In this document: positions 10,412 through 20,124 of the stretch, piece by piece
Layout: each line of letters starts with the position of its first letter
How positions within the stretch are numbered: the first letter of the stretch is position 1
Program-made: the position numbers and the translations under genes
The notes under the pieces: model-generated
Database searches by the model: none
Seen by the model: only the letters and a program-made list of their open reading frames with translations
What the model was told of the DNA's origin: nothing
Assembly: GCA_964614535.1 (NCBI GenBank)
Contig: CAZTOZ010000023.1
Span: 81,552-145,551 of the forward strand
Reading direction: 5' to 3'
DNA length: 64,000 nucleotides
Origin: an uncultured Thiotrichales bacterium
GTDB lineage: Bacteria; Pseudomonadota; Gammaproteobacteria; UWMA-0217

Positions 10412-10587
10412 GGTGAATACCTCTCGGATGGGTTGGCTGACCGTACGGTCAAGCCGTGGGTGAAAAAAACCGGCCAGCCATGACCCGGCACGCCTGCTAT
10501 CGAACCGCAGGTGCAGGGGACTTGGACGACCGATCGGTCAAGCTGGTGGGTGCGGCGGGTGGGGTGGCTGGGCGACATCGTTCGGAT

Positions 10588-11196
10588 CTACTGCTGGCGT
10601 TCGATGCGGAGCGAGCGGAGCGCCGGCCCCAGGCGATGGATGAGCTCGGGGTCGTTCTGTGTCTTGGCGAGCAGAATCATCCCTTCGAGGTAGGCAAGCA
10701 TCGCCTCGGCGGTGCTGGTGGTGTCCAGGGGAGCGACGTCTCCTCGCTCCACCGCCTCCTCCAGTGCCTCGCGAAAGCGGTCGCGGGCCAGACGAAAGAA
10801 GGCCGACAGCCTGGCGCGCAACACCTCGTCCTTGGTGCTGACCTCCAGCGCGAGATTGCCAAACAGACACCCCGGCATGCGACCATCGGCATCCTTGCTC
10901 TGGCTGGCCTTCTGCCAGAAATAGGCGGCATCGACCAAGTAGTCGAACCGCTCCATCGGCGGCAGGGCAGGGTCGAAGGCCTCGGCGATGAAGCCGCTGG
11001 CCCAGTCGGCGGCGAACGCCTCGATGACCGTCAGCGCCAGGTCGCGCTTGGAAGGGAAGAAGTGGTAGAAACTCCCTTTCTGAATCTCTGCGGCGTCGCA
11101 GATCTCCTTGATGCCGACATCGGCATAGCTGCGCGAATGGAAGCGCTGCTTGGCCACTTCGATGATGCGTTCCCTGGTACCGACGGCGTGTTTCAT
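10588..11196 (-). CDS. TetR/AcrR-family transcriptional regulator
   Basis: N-terminal HTH (RERIIEVAKQRFHSRSYADVGIKEICDAAEIQKGSFYHFFPSKRDL). ATG at MKHAV preferred over the upstream GTG. Confidence 0.85.
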   Translation of the reverse strand: MKHAVGTRERIIEVAKQRFHSRSYADVGIKEICDAAEIQKGSFYHFFPSKRDLALTVIEAFAADWASGFIAEAFDPALPPMERFDYLVDAAYFWQKASQSKDADGRMPGCLFGNLALEVSTKDEVLRARLSAFFRLARDRFREALEEAVERGDVAPLDTTSTAEAMLAYLEGMILLAKTQNDPELIHRLGPALRSLRIERQQ

Positions 11197-11374
11197 GCCG
11201 TTCACTATGACTTGACCGGGCGGTCAAGTCAAGCGCGAAGCCTCTGCGGGCCGGCTGCCATGGAGGGGCCGGACCATCCGCTATCGGTTCACGCTGGACG
11301 GGTGTGCGCCGGTGGCACGGGCGGGGCAAAACAGCGATAATCCGCCGTTTCCACCGTTTTGGGAGTTCCACCCC

Positions 11375-12853
11375 ATGCAATTCATCGAAACCCGTGGCAA
11401 CGACGGGCAACGCCCCGAGCAGGTGAGCTTCTCGAGCGCCATTCTGTCGCCGATGTCCTCCTATGGCGGTATCTACTCGCCACGGCGGTTGCCGACGATG
11501 GGGGCGGGTTTCCTCGAACGGCATCTCGAGGCGGGGTACAAGACGCTGGCCCGTGACCTGCTGGCCTTGTTCGATATCGACATCGAGACAGAAGTGATCG
11601 ATGCGGCCCTGGATCTGTACGACCGTTTCGACGATCCCGCCAACCCCGCGCCGGTGACCAGGGTGCGTGACGGCCTCTACGTCAGCGAGTTGTGGCACGG
11701 GCCGACGCGGGCCTTCAAGGACATGGCGTTGCAGCCCTTCGGCTATCTGCTGGCGGCCTTGGCGCGGCAGCGCGACGAGCAGTATCTGATTCTCGCCGCC
11801 ACCAGCGGCGACACCGGGCCGGCCGCGCTGGAAACCTTCAAGAACCGCGACAACGTTCGGGTCGCCTGCCTCTATCCCGATGGCGGCACCTCCGATGTGC
11901 AGCGTCTGCAGATGGTCACCGAAGAAGCGCCGAATCTGAAGGTCATCGGCATCCACGGCGATTTCGACGACGCCCAGAGCGCGCTGAAGACATTACTTGG
12001 TTCCGAGCGTTTCAACGCCACGCTGCAACAGCAGGGGATTTCGCTGTCCGCCGCCAACTCCGTCAACTTCGGTCGCATCATCTTCCAGCTCATCTACCAT
12101 GTGCACAGCTACCTGGAGTTGGTGCGGCAGGGGGCGATCGAGCTGGGGGAGAAGGTCTACCTCGACGTACCCAGCGGCAACTTCGGCAATGCGCTGGGCG
12201 GCTACTACGCCATGAAGATGGGACTGCCGGTGGAGAAGATTCTCATCGCCTCCAACCGCAACAACGTGCTCACGCGGCTCATCAACGACGGGGAGTACGA
12301 CATGCGCGGCACGTCACTGGTCGCCACCACCTCGCCGGCCATGGACATCCTCAAATCCTCCAACGTGGAACGCATCCTGTTCGACTTCTATGGCGCCGGG
12401 CGTACCCGCGAGCTGATGCAGCAACTGGACGAGACGGGGTACTACCGGCTGACGGCGGACGAACTGGAGCGGCTGCAGGCCGTCTTCTCCGCCGACTATT
12501 GCAGTGACGAAGAGGGACTCGCCTATATCCGCCAGACCTTCGACGAAGACGGTTATCTGATGGATCCTCACACCGCCACCTGCTTCAAGGCGTGGGAGAC
12601 ACGGGCCGACCAGTCGATTCCGACCATCGCCTACTCGACCGCCGAGTGGACCAAGTTCTCGCCGACGATCGCCGCGGCCCTGACCGGGCAGGCGGGATTG
12701 AGCGACATCGAGGCGCTGGAGACGGTCGCCACCCGGGCCGGCATCGCCATTCCGCCGCAGATCGCCGCCCTGTTCGACAAGGAGATCGCACAGAAGACGG
12801 TCATCGACAAGGGGAGCATCGAGCAGGAGATCCTGCGTTTTCTCGACGCCTGA
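11375..12853 (+). CDS. thrC: threonine synthase (long form)
   Basis: Full-length ThrC similarity, including the PLP-Lys region (PTRAFKDMA). GGGAG ribosome-binding site 9 nt upstream of MQFIETRG. Confidence 0.9.
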   Translation: MQFIETRGNDGQRPEQVSFSSAILSPMSSYGGIYSPRRLPTMGAGFLERHLEAGYKTLARDLLALFDIDIETEVIDAALDLYDRFDDPANPAPVTRVRDGLYVSELWHGPTRAFKDMALQPFGYLLAALARQRDEQYLILAATSGDTGPAALETFKNRDNVRVACLYPDGGTSDVQRLQMVTEEAPNLKVIGIHGDFDDAQSALKTLLGSERFNATLQQQGISLSAANSVNFGRIIFQLIYHVHSYLELVRQGAIELGEKVYLDVPSGNFGNALGGYYAMKMGLPVEKILIASNRNNVLTRLINDGEYDMRGTSLVATTSPAMDILKSSNVERILFDFYGAGRTRELMQQLDETGYYRLTADELERLQAVFSADYCSDEEGLAYIRQTFDEDGYLMDPHTATCFKAWETRADQSIPTIAYSTAEWTKFSPTIAAALTGQAGLSDIEALETVATRAGIAIPPQIAALFDKEIAQKTVIDKGSIEQEILRFLDA

Positions 12854-12884
12854 GCAGGGCACCCGGCCAGGCCGATGGCGGGTC

Positions 12885-13442
12885 TCAGTAGAGCGCCCCG
12901 GCCTCCAGCAGCGCCTGCAGCGTCGGCGCGTCGCGATCCTTGGCGGAGAGAATCACCTGCTGACCATCTTCGATCGGCCAGGTGATGTTCAGTTCCGGGT
13001 CGTTCCAGCGCAGCTCGTAGGAGTCATCGGCGTGATAGTAGTCGGTGCATTTGTAGGCGAAGATCGCCGTCTGGCTGATGGTGTAGTAGGCGTGACCGAA
13101 GCCTTCCGGTACCCACAGCTGACGTTTGTTGTCCTCGGAGAGGATCGTGCCGACACTCTTGCCGAAGGTGGGGGAGTCGCGGCGCAGATCGACGGCGATG
13201 TCATAGACGCTGCCGACGACGGCCCGTACCAGCTTGCCCTGGGGATTCTTCAGCTGGTAGTGGATGCCTCGCAGCGTCCCTCGGGTGGAGTAGCTTTCGT
13301 TGTCCTGGACGAAGCGGACGTCCAGCCCCGCCTCATGGAGAGTGCGGTAGTTCCATGTCTCCATGAAATAGCCGCGGTCGTCGCGGAAGACCCGGGGCTG
13401 GATGATTTTGACCTCGGGAATCTCGGTATCGATCAGTTCCAT
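12885..13442 (-). CDS. rfbC: dTDP-4-dehydrorhamnose 3,5-epimerase
   Basis: RmlC cupin motifs (RGYFMETW, RGIHYQ, QLWVPEGFGHAY). Confidence 0.9.
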   Translation of the reverse strand: MELIDTEIPEVKIIQPRVFRDDRGYFMETWNYRTLHEAGLDVRFVQDNESYSTRGTLRGIHYQLKNPQGKLVRAVVGSVYDIAVDLRRDSPTFGKSVGTILSEDNKRQLWVPEGFGHAYYTISQTAIFAYKCTDYYHADDSYELRWNDPELNITWPIEDGQQVILSAKDRDAPTLQALLEAGALY

Positions 13443-14603
13443 CTAGGCAGCCTTTTCTTGTTGTTCCTTGAGCTTCATCACGATGTCCAGTGCCATCGAT
13501 TCGGGCAGATCCACATCGTCCCAAGTGAGGATTTCGCCAGCTTCGATATCACGGGTCAACACCGCGTTGGAGAGCAATCCGATGGGCACGTGCTTCTCCG
13601 GTGCCTCCGACAGCCGGGCCGCCTCGCCGCGCACCTCGAAGCCGCCGATGCCGCGCTTGATCGTCGTTCCTGCCTCGAGGTCGGTCTTGGCGATCGACAC
13701 CATGCCGATCGTCGGCGTCGGTGAATTGTTCAGCAGCACCGGCCCTCCGGCCATGACGCGGCGAATGGTCTTGACGATCTCGATGGCACAGAGGTGATAG
13801 TTGCGCATCAGGACGTAGTAGGGCCCCTCGCCCATCTTGATGTTGGCGAGCATCCCGCGTTCGGCCTCGTCGTGTTTGGCGGTGATGAAGACCCCCGGCG
13901 GCTGTCCCATCGAGACGATGAAATCGGCGATGGGCTGGCCCAGCTCGACGGCGATTTCCGCCAGCTGCTTGGCCGTCTCGGTGGTGTCGTCGGTGCGCGG
14001 CCCCTCCATGCCCTGTTTGGTGATGGTGGCGCCGAGCCCGTTGGCGATGAAGGCCTGTTCGAACTGGAGCTTGGTGCCGTCGGTGAACGAAGTGGTCTGG
14101 TCTAGGCTGAAGCCCTGCTTCTTCGACCAGAACTCCATGTCCTCCCGCGATGGGTTGTGGTTCAGATACCCCTTCATGTTGCCGTAGACCAGCGGCTCGA
14201 ACCCCATCTGCACGATGTCTTCGTGCAGCGCGGCGAGGCAGCCGGGCTGGTCGCCCTCGGCCTCGGTCAGATACCCCTTGTCGGCAAACCAGGAACCGGT
14301 GGTGACATGGAATTCGGTGTCCATCGTCACCACCGGCAGGCCGGCGGAGAAGGCCTTGTCGACCGCCACCGTGGCATTGAGCACGTCACCGCTGCATTCG
14401 AGGATCAGATCGGCGTTGTCGATCACCTGGTCGAGCGAATTGCTCAGTACCCCGGGCAGCGGATAGTCGTCGATGCTGTCGATGTCGCGCCGGGTGTAGG
14501 CACCGGTGATCCGCAGATCCGGGTGGTGGTTGACGATCAGCCGGGAGACGGCCCGGGCGATGAAGCCGGTGCCGATGATGCCGATGCGAGTGCTTGCTGT
14601 CAT
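13443..14603 (-). CDS. COG4091-type oxidoreductase (homoserine-dehydrogenase-like NAD-binding domain + C-terminal SAF domain)
   Basis: N-terminal Rossmann fold (RIGIIGTGFIARAV). The C-terminal ~70 aa look SAF-like. Start placed at MTASTR, where a GGAG ribosome-binding site sits 10 nt upstream. Confidence 0.65.
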   Translation of the reverse strand: MTASTRIGIIGTGFIARAVSRLIVNHHPDLRITGAYTRRDIDSIDDYPLPGVLSNSLDQVIDNADLILECSGDVLNATVAVDKAFSAGLPVVTMDTEFHVTTGSWFADKGYLTEAEGDQPGCLAALHEDIVQMGFEPLVYGNMKGYLNHNPSREDMEFWSKKQGFSLDQTTSFTDGTKLQFEQAFIANGLGATITKQGMEGPRTDDTTETAKQLAEIAVELGQPIADFIVSMGQPPGVFITAKHDEAERGMLANIKMGEGPYYVLMRNYHLCAIEIVKTIRRVMAGGPVLLNNSPTPTIGMVSIAKTDLEAGTTIKRGIGGFEVRGEAARLSEAPEKHVPIGLLSNAVLTRDIEAGEILTWDDVDLPESMALDIVMKLKEQQEKAA

Positions 14604-14691
14604 GCCGTGTTGCTCCATGATTGGTCGAGGGTGACCAGGGTCACCGTTGTTCTTCCCGATTGTAGTTGTTGTCCTTCGATGCGGTGGCCCG

Positions 14692-16173
14692 TCAGTAGGC
14701 CGTCTCGCCGGTGAACCCTTTGATGATGGTCATCAGAATGATCTTGATGTCGAGGAATATCGACCACTTGCGAATGTAGTCGATGTCGTAGATGACACGG
14801 CGCTGCATCTTGTCGAGGGAGTCGGTCTCGCCCCGCAGGCCGTTGACCTGGGCCCAGCCGGTGATCCCCGGCTTGATCTTGTGCCGCAGCATGTAGCCCC
14901 CGATGATGTTGCGGTAGGCCTCGTTGTGGGCCACCGCGTGCGGACGCGGGCCGACGATCGACATCGTCCCCATCAACACATTGATGAACTGGGGCAGTTC
15001 GTCCAGCGAGGTCCGGCGCAGATAGGCGCCGAAACGCGTCACCCGGGGATCGTCCTTCGTCACCTGACGGAAGTCGGTGCCATCCTCCAGCACCCGCATG
15101 GTGCGGAACTTCCACACCTTGATCGGCTTGCCGTCGAGCCCGTAGCGGGTCTGCTTGAAGATGATGGGGCCCTTGGAGGTGGCCTTGATGCCGATGGCGA
15201 TCAGAATCATCGGCACGGCGATGACGGTGAGGATCGCCAGCGAGAAGACGATGTCCTCGGTGCGCTTGACGACCCCTCGCAGGCCTGAGACCGGGTTTTC
15301 ATAGACGCTCACCGCCGGCACGCCATTGATGTCGACGATATGGGTGAAGTGGGTCTCCATCGAGTAGAAGTCGGGCACCACGTAGACCGCGACCATGGTG
15401 TTGGAGAGCATCCGGGTGATTTCCAGGATCTTGTGTTCCGCCCGCATCGGCATGGTGATGAAAACGACGTCGAACTCGCCTTTCTCTGCCGCTTTGACCA
15501 TGTCCTCGAAGGTGCCGTCCACCGGCAGCCCCTGTTTCAGGCGGCCCACGGCCTCCTGCTTGCGCCGGTTGATGATACGGCCGACGTGGTGGTAATCGAG
15601 GTGGGAGCGGTTGTCGTAGACGCCGACCAGCTCGTAGCCCACCCACGGGTTGTCCTCGATCTGGCTCTTGACGTGACGGCCGATCGGCCCGGCACCGGCG
15701 ATGGCGATGCGGCGGGTATTGATGCCGTGGGCCCGCAGAAAGCGCACCGACGCATTGAGCACGATCCGCACCAGCATGAACCCCAGGATCGAGATCACGA
15801 ACCAGGCCCCGGCCAGCACCCAGTCCAGGTGTTCGATACTCTGGTCGAAGATCAGGGCGATGATCAGCAGCGTCAGGCCGGTGAACATCCAGGCGAGGGT
15901 CGCCAATGCCACCATCCAGAAGCGGGACAGAAAGGTGTTGGTGATCTTCCAGTTCTGATAGACGTGGAAGAACTCGGCGTAGAACTGCATCAGCAGAATG
16001 GCCAGCAACGCGTAGAAGGCGTGGACGCGGATCCAGCCTTCCTCCGCGGTGCCGGTGATATTGACGGCGATGAACAGCGAGATGCCGATGGCGAGCGAGT
16101 CGAGCACCCGTGCCAGCAGCGACAGCGGATGTTGTGATGCCACGATCGGTGTTCTTGAGGAGAGCGTCTGCAT
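14692..16173 (-). CDS. undecaprenyl-phosphate sugar phosphotransferase (WbaP/WcaJ-type initiating glycosyltransferase)
   Basis: N-terminal TM helices, a CoA-binding-like middle domain, and the C-terminal bacterial sugar-transferase domain ([36 protein letters not shown]). Confidence 0.9.
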   Translation of the reverse strand: [493 protein letters not shown]

Positions 16174-16508
16174 GGTTGTTGGCGATCAGGGTTCCCGAGT
16201 CAGGCTCGTTGGTTGCTATTTTTGTTGTTGTTGTTCAGCCGGATGTTCCGATCCTTGGTCGACACGAACCATGTTGCGCTGGCAACGCACCGAGGCGTCT
16301 CACTCGCCAGAACCTGCCTGGTCGGTGTGCGGCATCTCCCTGTACCGTCTGCTCCTTGCGCGGCCGAATCGTTCGGGCCGGTCAGCGCTGCATTAGAGCA
16401 GAGCCCTACAAGCCGAGTATATAGGCTTGATCACAAAACCGGTCGGCCGCAGCCCCCAACCCACGGCGAAACCGCGTGGGGTGTGACGGGGTGAGGATTC
16501 CGGGTGGT

Positions 16509-16598
16509 GCCACGGGCGGCCAGCCCGGATATTGCACGAGAATACAGGATGTTGGGAGAATCTCGGCGAGACCGTTTGTTTGATTCGCCGAAAAGCAT
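16509..16598 (-). repeat. copy 1 of a ~90-nt conserved non-coding element (second copy at 42769-42860)
   Basis: About 80% identity over ~90 nt to the iscX-ndk intergenic region when read on the minus strand. Its translations differ in a non-synonymous-dominated way, so it is not protein-coding. Confidence 0.5.
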
Positions 16599-16634
16599 AG
16601 CGGTTTTTCCCAACGATCTTGTGAAAGATCCGGG

Positions 16635-17306
16635 CTAGGCGGAGGAGGGGTCGCCGAGAATGTCTTCCACTGGCTTGATGATGCCATGGCGCATCGCCAG
16701 TCGCACCAGCTCGGTGCTGTTGTGGACCTGCAGCTTGGCCTTGATCTGGGTGCTGTAGTTGGCGACTGTCTTGTAGCTGAGCGCCAGCTCCTTGGCCGCC
16801 TCGTGGGGCGACATCCCCTGTGCCAGCAGGCAGAAGATCTCGAACTCACGCGTCGTCAGACAGGCGAAGACGTCCTCGTCGCCGCGGGACTTGCGCAACG
16901 CCAGATTCTGCGCCAGCGCCTTGTCCAGGTAGGACTTGCCGGCGGCCACGGCGCGGACGCCATCGAGCATGACCTCGGGTGCGCAGTTCTTGGTGATATA
17001 GCCGAGCGCGCCGGCTTGCATCGCCTTCTCCACGAAGGCGATGTCGTCGTGCATGCTGAAGACCAGGATCGCGGCCGACTTGTCGCGTGCAATGATGCGG
17101 CGGATCGCCTCCATGCCGCCGATGCCCGGCAACGACAGATCCATGACGACGACGGTCGGATGCAGCTTGGCGAAATACTCGCAGGCCTGTTCGCCGCTTT
17201 CGGCCTCGGCCACCACCTCGATGTCGGGGGCGGTGTCGAGCAGGGAACGATACCCGGCGCGCACCACCGCATGATCGTCTACCAGCAGTACCTTGAGCTG
17301 TTTCAT
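16635..17306 (-). CDS. NarL/FixJ-family response regulator
   Basis: Receiver domain (KVLLVDDH...VVVMDLSLPG) plus LuxR HTH (LTTREFEIFCLLAQGMSPHEAAKELALSYKTVANY). Confidence 0.9.
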   Translation of the reverse strand: MKQLKVLLVDDHAVVRAGYRSLLDTAPDIEVVAEAESGEQACEYFAKLHPTVVVMDLSLPGIGGMEAIRRIIARDKSAAILVFSMHDDIAFVEKAMQAGALGYITKNCAPEVMLDGVRAVAAGKSYLDKALAQNLALRKSRGDEDVFACLTTREFEIFCLLAQGMSPHEAAKELALSYKTVANYSTQIKAKLQVHNSTELVRLAMRHGIIKPVEDILGDPSSA

Positions 17307-17321
17307 CGTCGCTCCTCTCGT

Positions 17322-18647
17322 TCAGGTTTCAGGAGATGCCGGAATGACGAGGTCGATCTTTACACCCCGTCCGGGCCGGCCTACAAGGGAGAGGCTCCCG
17401 TTACATGAGTCGGCGCGATTCTGCATCCCGGACAACCCCATTCCCAGCGGCCGGGTCTTCGGGTCGAATCCCTGGCCGTCGTCCTCGATGTGCAGGCTGA
17501 TGCGGCCATCGTCGCTGCGCTGCAGCAGGATGGTGACGTTCGATGCCCGGGCATGCTTGGCGATATTGGTCAGCGCCTCCTGCACGATACGATAGATGTG
17601 GATGCTCACGTCGTCGTCCAGATCCTCGAAACGGCCGTTGATCGACAGTGCCGTGAAGGTGTTCTCGTGGATACTGTTCCAGCCGTCGACCAGACGCTCG
17701 ATGGCGGTGACCAGCCCCAGCTCGTCGAGCACCACCGGCCGCAGGCGGTTCATCATGCCGCGCACCACCGAATACATGTGGTTGCAGATATCGGTGATGG
17801 CACCGGCCGCCGCACCATTCTCCGGACAGGCCCGGGTCAGCGACGCCGCCTGTGCCTTGATGGCGGTGATCGACTGCCCCAGCTCGTCGTGCAACTCCTG
17901 TGCCATGTGGCGCTGGTTCGCCTCCAGCATCTGCAGCATGCGGCGGCTCAGTGCCTTGTTCTCGGTCTTCTGCCGGTCCAGTACCGAGGCCATGTGGTTG
18001 AACTTCTGCGACAACTGGTTCAGCTCCGGCAGATCGAACGCCGGCAGCCGCGCCTTGTAGTCGCCGGCCTGGATGATGTCGAGGCCGGAGGAGATCTCGT
18101 TCACCGGGCGCAGCGCACGGCGCACGATCAGCCAGGTGAGGACGATGCTGATGGCCGTGAAGGTGCCGATCAGCAGCAGGATGGTGCGGGTGTCGCGCCA
18201 GACCCGGCCGATCTCGTGGCGCGGGTCGGGGGTGATGGTGATCTCCACCGGCGTGCCGCCGGCGCCGTCGAACTGACGGTGGTACGCCCTCAGCCCCGGT
18301 GTCACCATCTTCATGAACCACCACGGCGCGCTGCCCTGGTGGTGAGGATTGCTGATGGTGACCATCCGTGGTGCGGCGTAACCGACCTGGTTGATCGTCA
18401 GATTGAGGTCGCGGATGCTCTCGATCCGGCCGAGCTGCTCGACCAGCACGTCCATCGGGGTGCGCCCGCCGCTGGCCTGACTGCTGAGGAAGACGGCGGA
18501 CAACAGCTGCATCGTCACCTCGGCGTCGTTGTCCAGCTCGTTGGCGACGCTCACGCGGGCGTTCTTGATGACCAGCAGCGCGCCGGCCATCAGCATCGTG
18601 GCGACCACGGCCAGAATCAACAGCGTGATGCGGGTGGCGAGACTCAT
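17322..18647 (-). CDS. sensor histidine kinase (NarX-like, HisKA_3 family)
   Basis: Two TM helices flank a periplasmic domain. HAMP domain, H-box HDELGQSITAIK, and HATPase region (IVQEALTNIAKHA...DDGQGF). Confidence 0.85.
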   Translation of the reverse strand: MSLATRITLLILAVVATMLMAGALLVIKNARVSVANELDNDAEVTMQLLSAVFLSSQASGGRTPMDVLVEQLGRIESIRDLNLTINQVGYAAPRMVTISNPHHQGSAPWWFMKMVTPGLRAYHRQFDGAGGTPVEITITPDPRHEIGRVWRDTRTILLLIGTFTAISIVLTWLIVRRALRPVNEISSGLDIIQAGDYKARLPAFDLPELNQLSQKFNHMASVLDRQKTENKALSRRMLQMLEANQRHMAQELHDELGQSITAIKAQAASLTRACPENGAAAGAITDICNHMYSVVRGMMNRLRPVVLDELGLVTAIERLVDGWNSIHENTFTALSINGRFEDLDDDVSIHIYRIVQEALTNIAKHARASNVTILLQRSDDGRISLHIEDDGQGFDPKTRPLGMGLSGMQNRADSCNGSLSLVGRPGRGVKIDLVIPASPET

Positions 18648-18707
18648 GGCGACATTATGGCCGAGAGCGGCCGAATTCTCACCCTGCCCGGGCGCCGTCC
18701 AGGACGA

Positions 18708-18863
18708 TCACACCAGGCGCAGGAAACCGGCCGCCAGCAGCACCAGCATGGTCGCCGCGATCCCGAACAGCAGGTTGGACTGCCGCCGTTTCAGCGGCCG
18801 GATGGCCCAGGCGTACCAGGCCATGACCAGCGCCACGGCGAACAGGACGAACAGCAGCCGCAT
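18708..18863 (-). CDS. small hypothetical membrane protein (51 aa)
   Basis: Two hydrophobic helices (MRLLFVLFAVALVMAWYAW...LLFGIAATMLVLLAAGFL). Its ATG overlaps the ygfZ stop in an ATGA arrangement. Confidence 0.35.
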   Translation of the reverse strand: MRLLFVLFAVALVMAWYAWAIRPLKRRQSNLLFGIAATMLVLLAAGFLRLV

Positions 18864-19930
18864 CAGGTTTTCTTCTCTTTCGGTGGCGGAAAGTCGTAGG
18901 GTGGTGGCGTCACGCGACCGGCGGGGCCGTCGCGATCGCCCAGCAGAATCGGACCGTCGCCGTCCGCATAGTGGGTCTTCAGCACGGCCAGGCTCTCGAT
19001 GCCGCCATCGGGATGGTGTGCCGCCATGACGACATTGCCGACTGGCTGCTCCCCCTCGGTGGAGTAGAGCTTCGTGCCCGGTTCGGGCAGCGCCTCGATA
19101 TCGAAGTGGAGCCGGTACATGCGTCGCTTGGGCGCGCCGAGATAGTGCATGCGCGCCACCACCTCCTGACCGGTGTAGCAACCTTTCTGGAAGCTGACGC
19201 CACCGATGATCTCGTAGTTGATCATCTGCGGGACGAACAGTTCCCGGGTGCCGGCCGAGACGGTGGGTATTCCGGCAAGGATGTCCAGCAGCCGCCAGTT
19301 TTCGGCACCGACCGGTGCGCAGCGGACGTTCAGCGCGGTCCACAGCGAGGTCATCTCGTCCAGCTCGCCGAACATCTCGAAGCGGGGCAGAGGGCCGGGC
19401 ACCCGGATCACGGTGACGCCACCGAGGGTGGCCACCTCGTCGATCGCCCCGGGACAGCCACCGAGCGCCTGTTCCAGCTCCTCCACGGCGGTGGCGCCGG
19501 AGATGCCGAAGCGCACCAGCGCGTCGTTGCCATCCTCCAGCGTCACGTCGCTGCGCAGCACATACATGCGCAGGCGCTTGAGCGTCTCCTCCAGCAGATC
19601 GCAGGCCACCGTCATGTAGATGGTCCGATCGCGGCGGAACAGGCGAAAAGTGGCCAGCGCCCGACCTTTCGGCGTGCAGAACGCCGCCAGTCGGGAGTGG
19701 CCGGCATCGACGGTGCGGACGTCGGCGGTGAGCTGCCCCTGCAGGAACGTCTCCATGTCGTCGCCATAGGCCTGAAGAAGGCCGACATGCGAGAGATCGC
19801 AGATGACGGTGCCGCCGAGGGTGGCGCGGCGCTCCCGCTCGACATTGCCGAAGCTGGCCACTTCGTGCTCGTTGTCATCGGCAAATTCGGCGCCGCTATC
19901 GATCAGTAGCTCTTTCCATTCAGGTTTCAT
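18863..19930 (-). CDS. ygfZ: tRNA-modifying folate-binding protein YgfZ
   Basis: GcvT-like fold with the conserved C-terminal KGCYTGQE motif. Confidence 0.85.
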   Translation of the reverse strand: MKPEWKELLIDSGAEFADDNEHEVASFGNVERERRATLGGTVICDLSHVGLLQAYGDDMETFLQGQLTADVRTVDAGHSRLAAFCTPKGRALATFRLFRRDRTIYMTVACDLLEETLKRLRMYVLRSDVTLEDGNDALVRFGISGATAVEELEQALGGCPGAIDEVATLGGVTVIRVPGPLPRFEMFGELDEMTSLWTALNVRCAPVGAENWRLLDILAGIPTVSAGTRELFVPQMINYEIIGGVSFQKGCYTGQEVVARMHYLGAPKRRMYRLHFDIEALPEPGTKLYSTEGEQPVGNVVMAAHHPDGGIESLAVLKTHYADGDGPILLGDRDGPAGRVTPPPYDFPPPKEKKT

Positions 19931-20124
19931 AGTGGTTGTTCGTTTCTCTTTGGTGGTTGTGGTCGTCGGCTGGCCCCGGTGCGGGGCGTTGAAAAATGGG
20001 AAAATGGCCGGATCGTAGTCCTGACAACGGTGGACGGGCCATTGACAAAGATGCGGATACTTTACCCCAACTCAAGCGCCGGCGCAGAGTGCCGCCGACG
20101 GGGCGGGGGCGTACCGGCGCCAGC

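Noticed and set aside
19931-20124. Perfect TTGACA hexamer in the ygfZ/ygfX divergent region as a promoter -35 element
   Set aside because: No acceptable -10 hexamer lies at 16-18-nt spacing. It is left unannotated.
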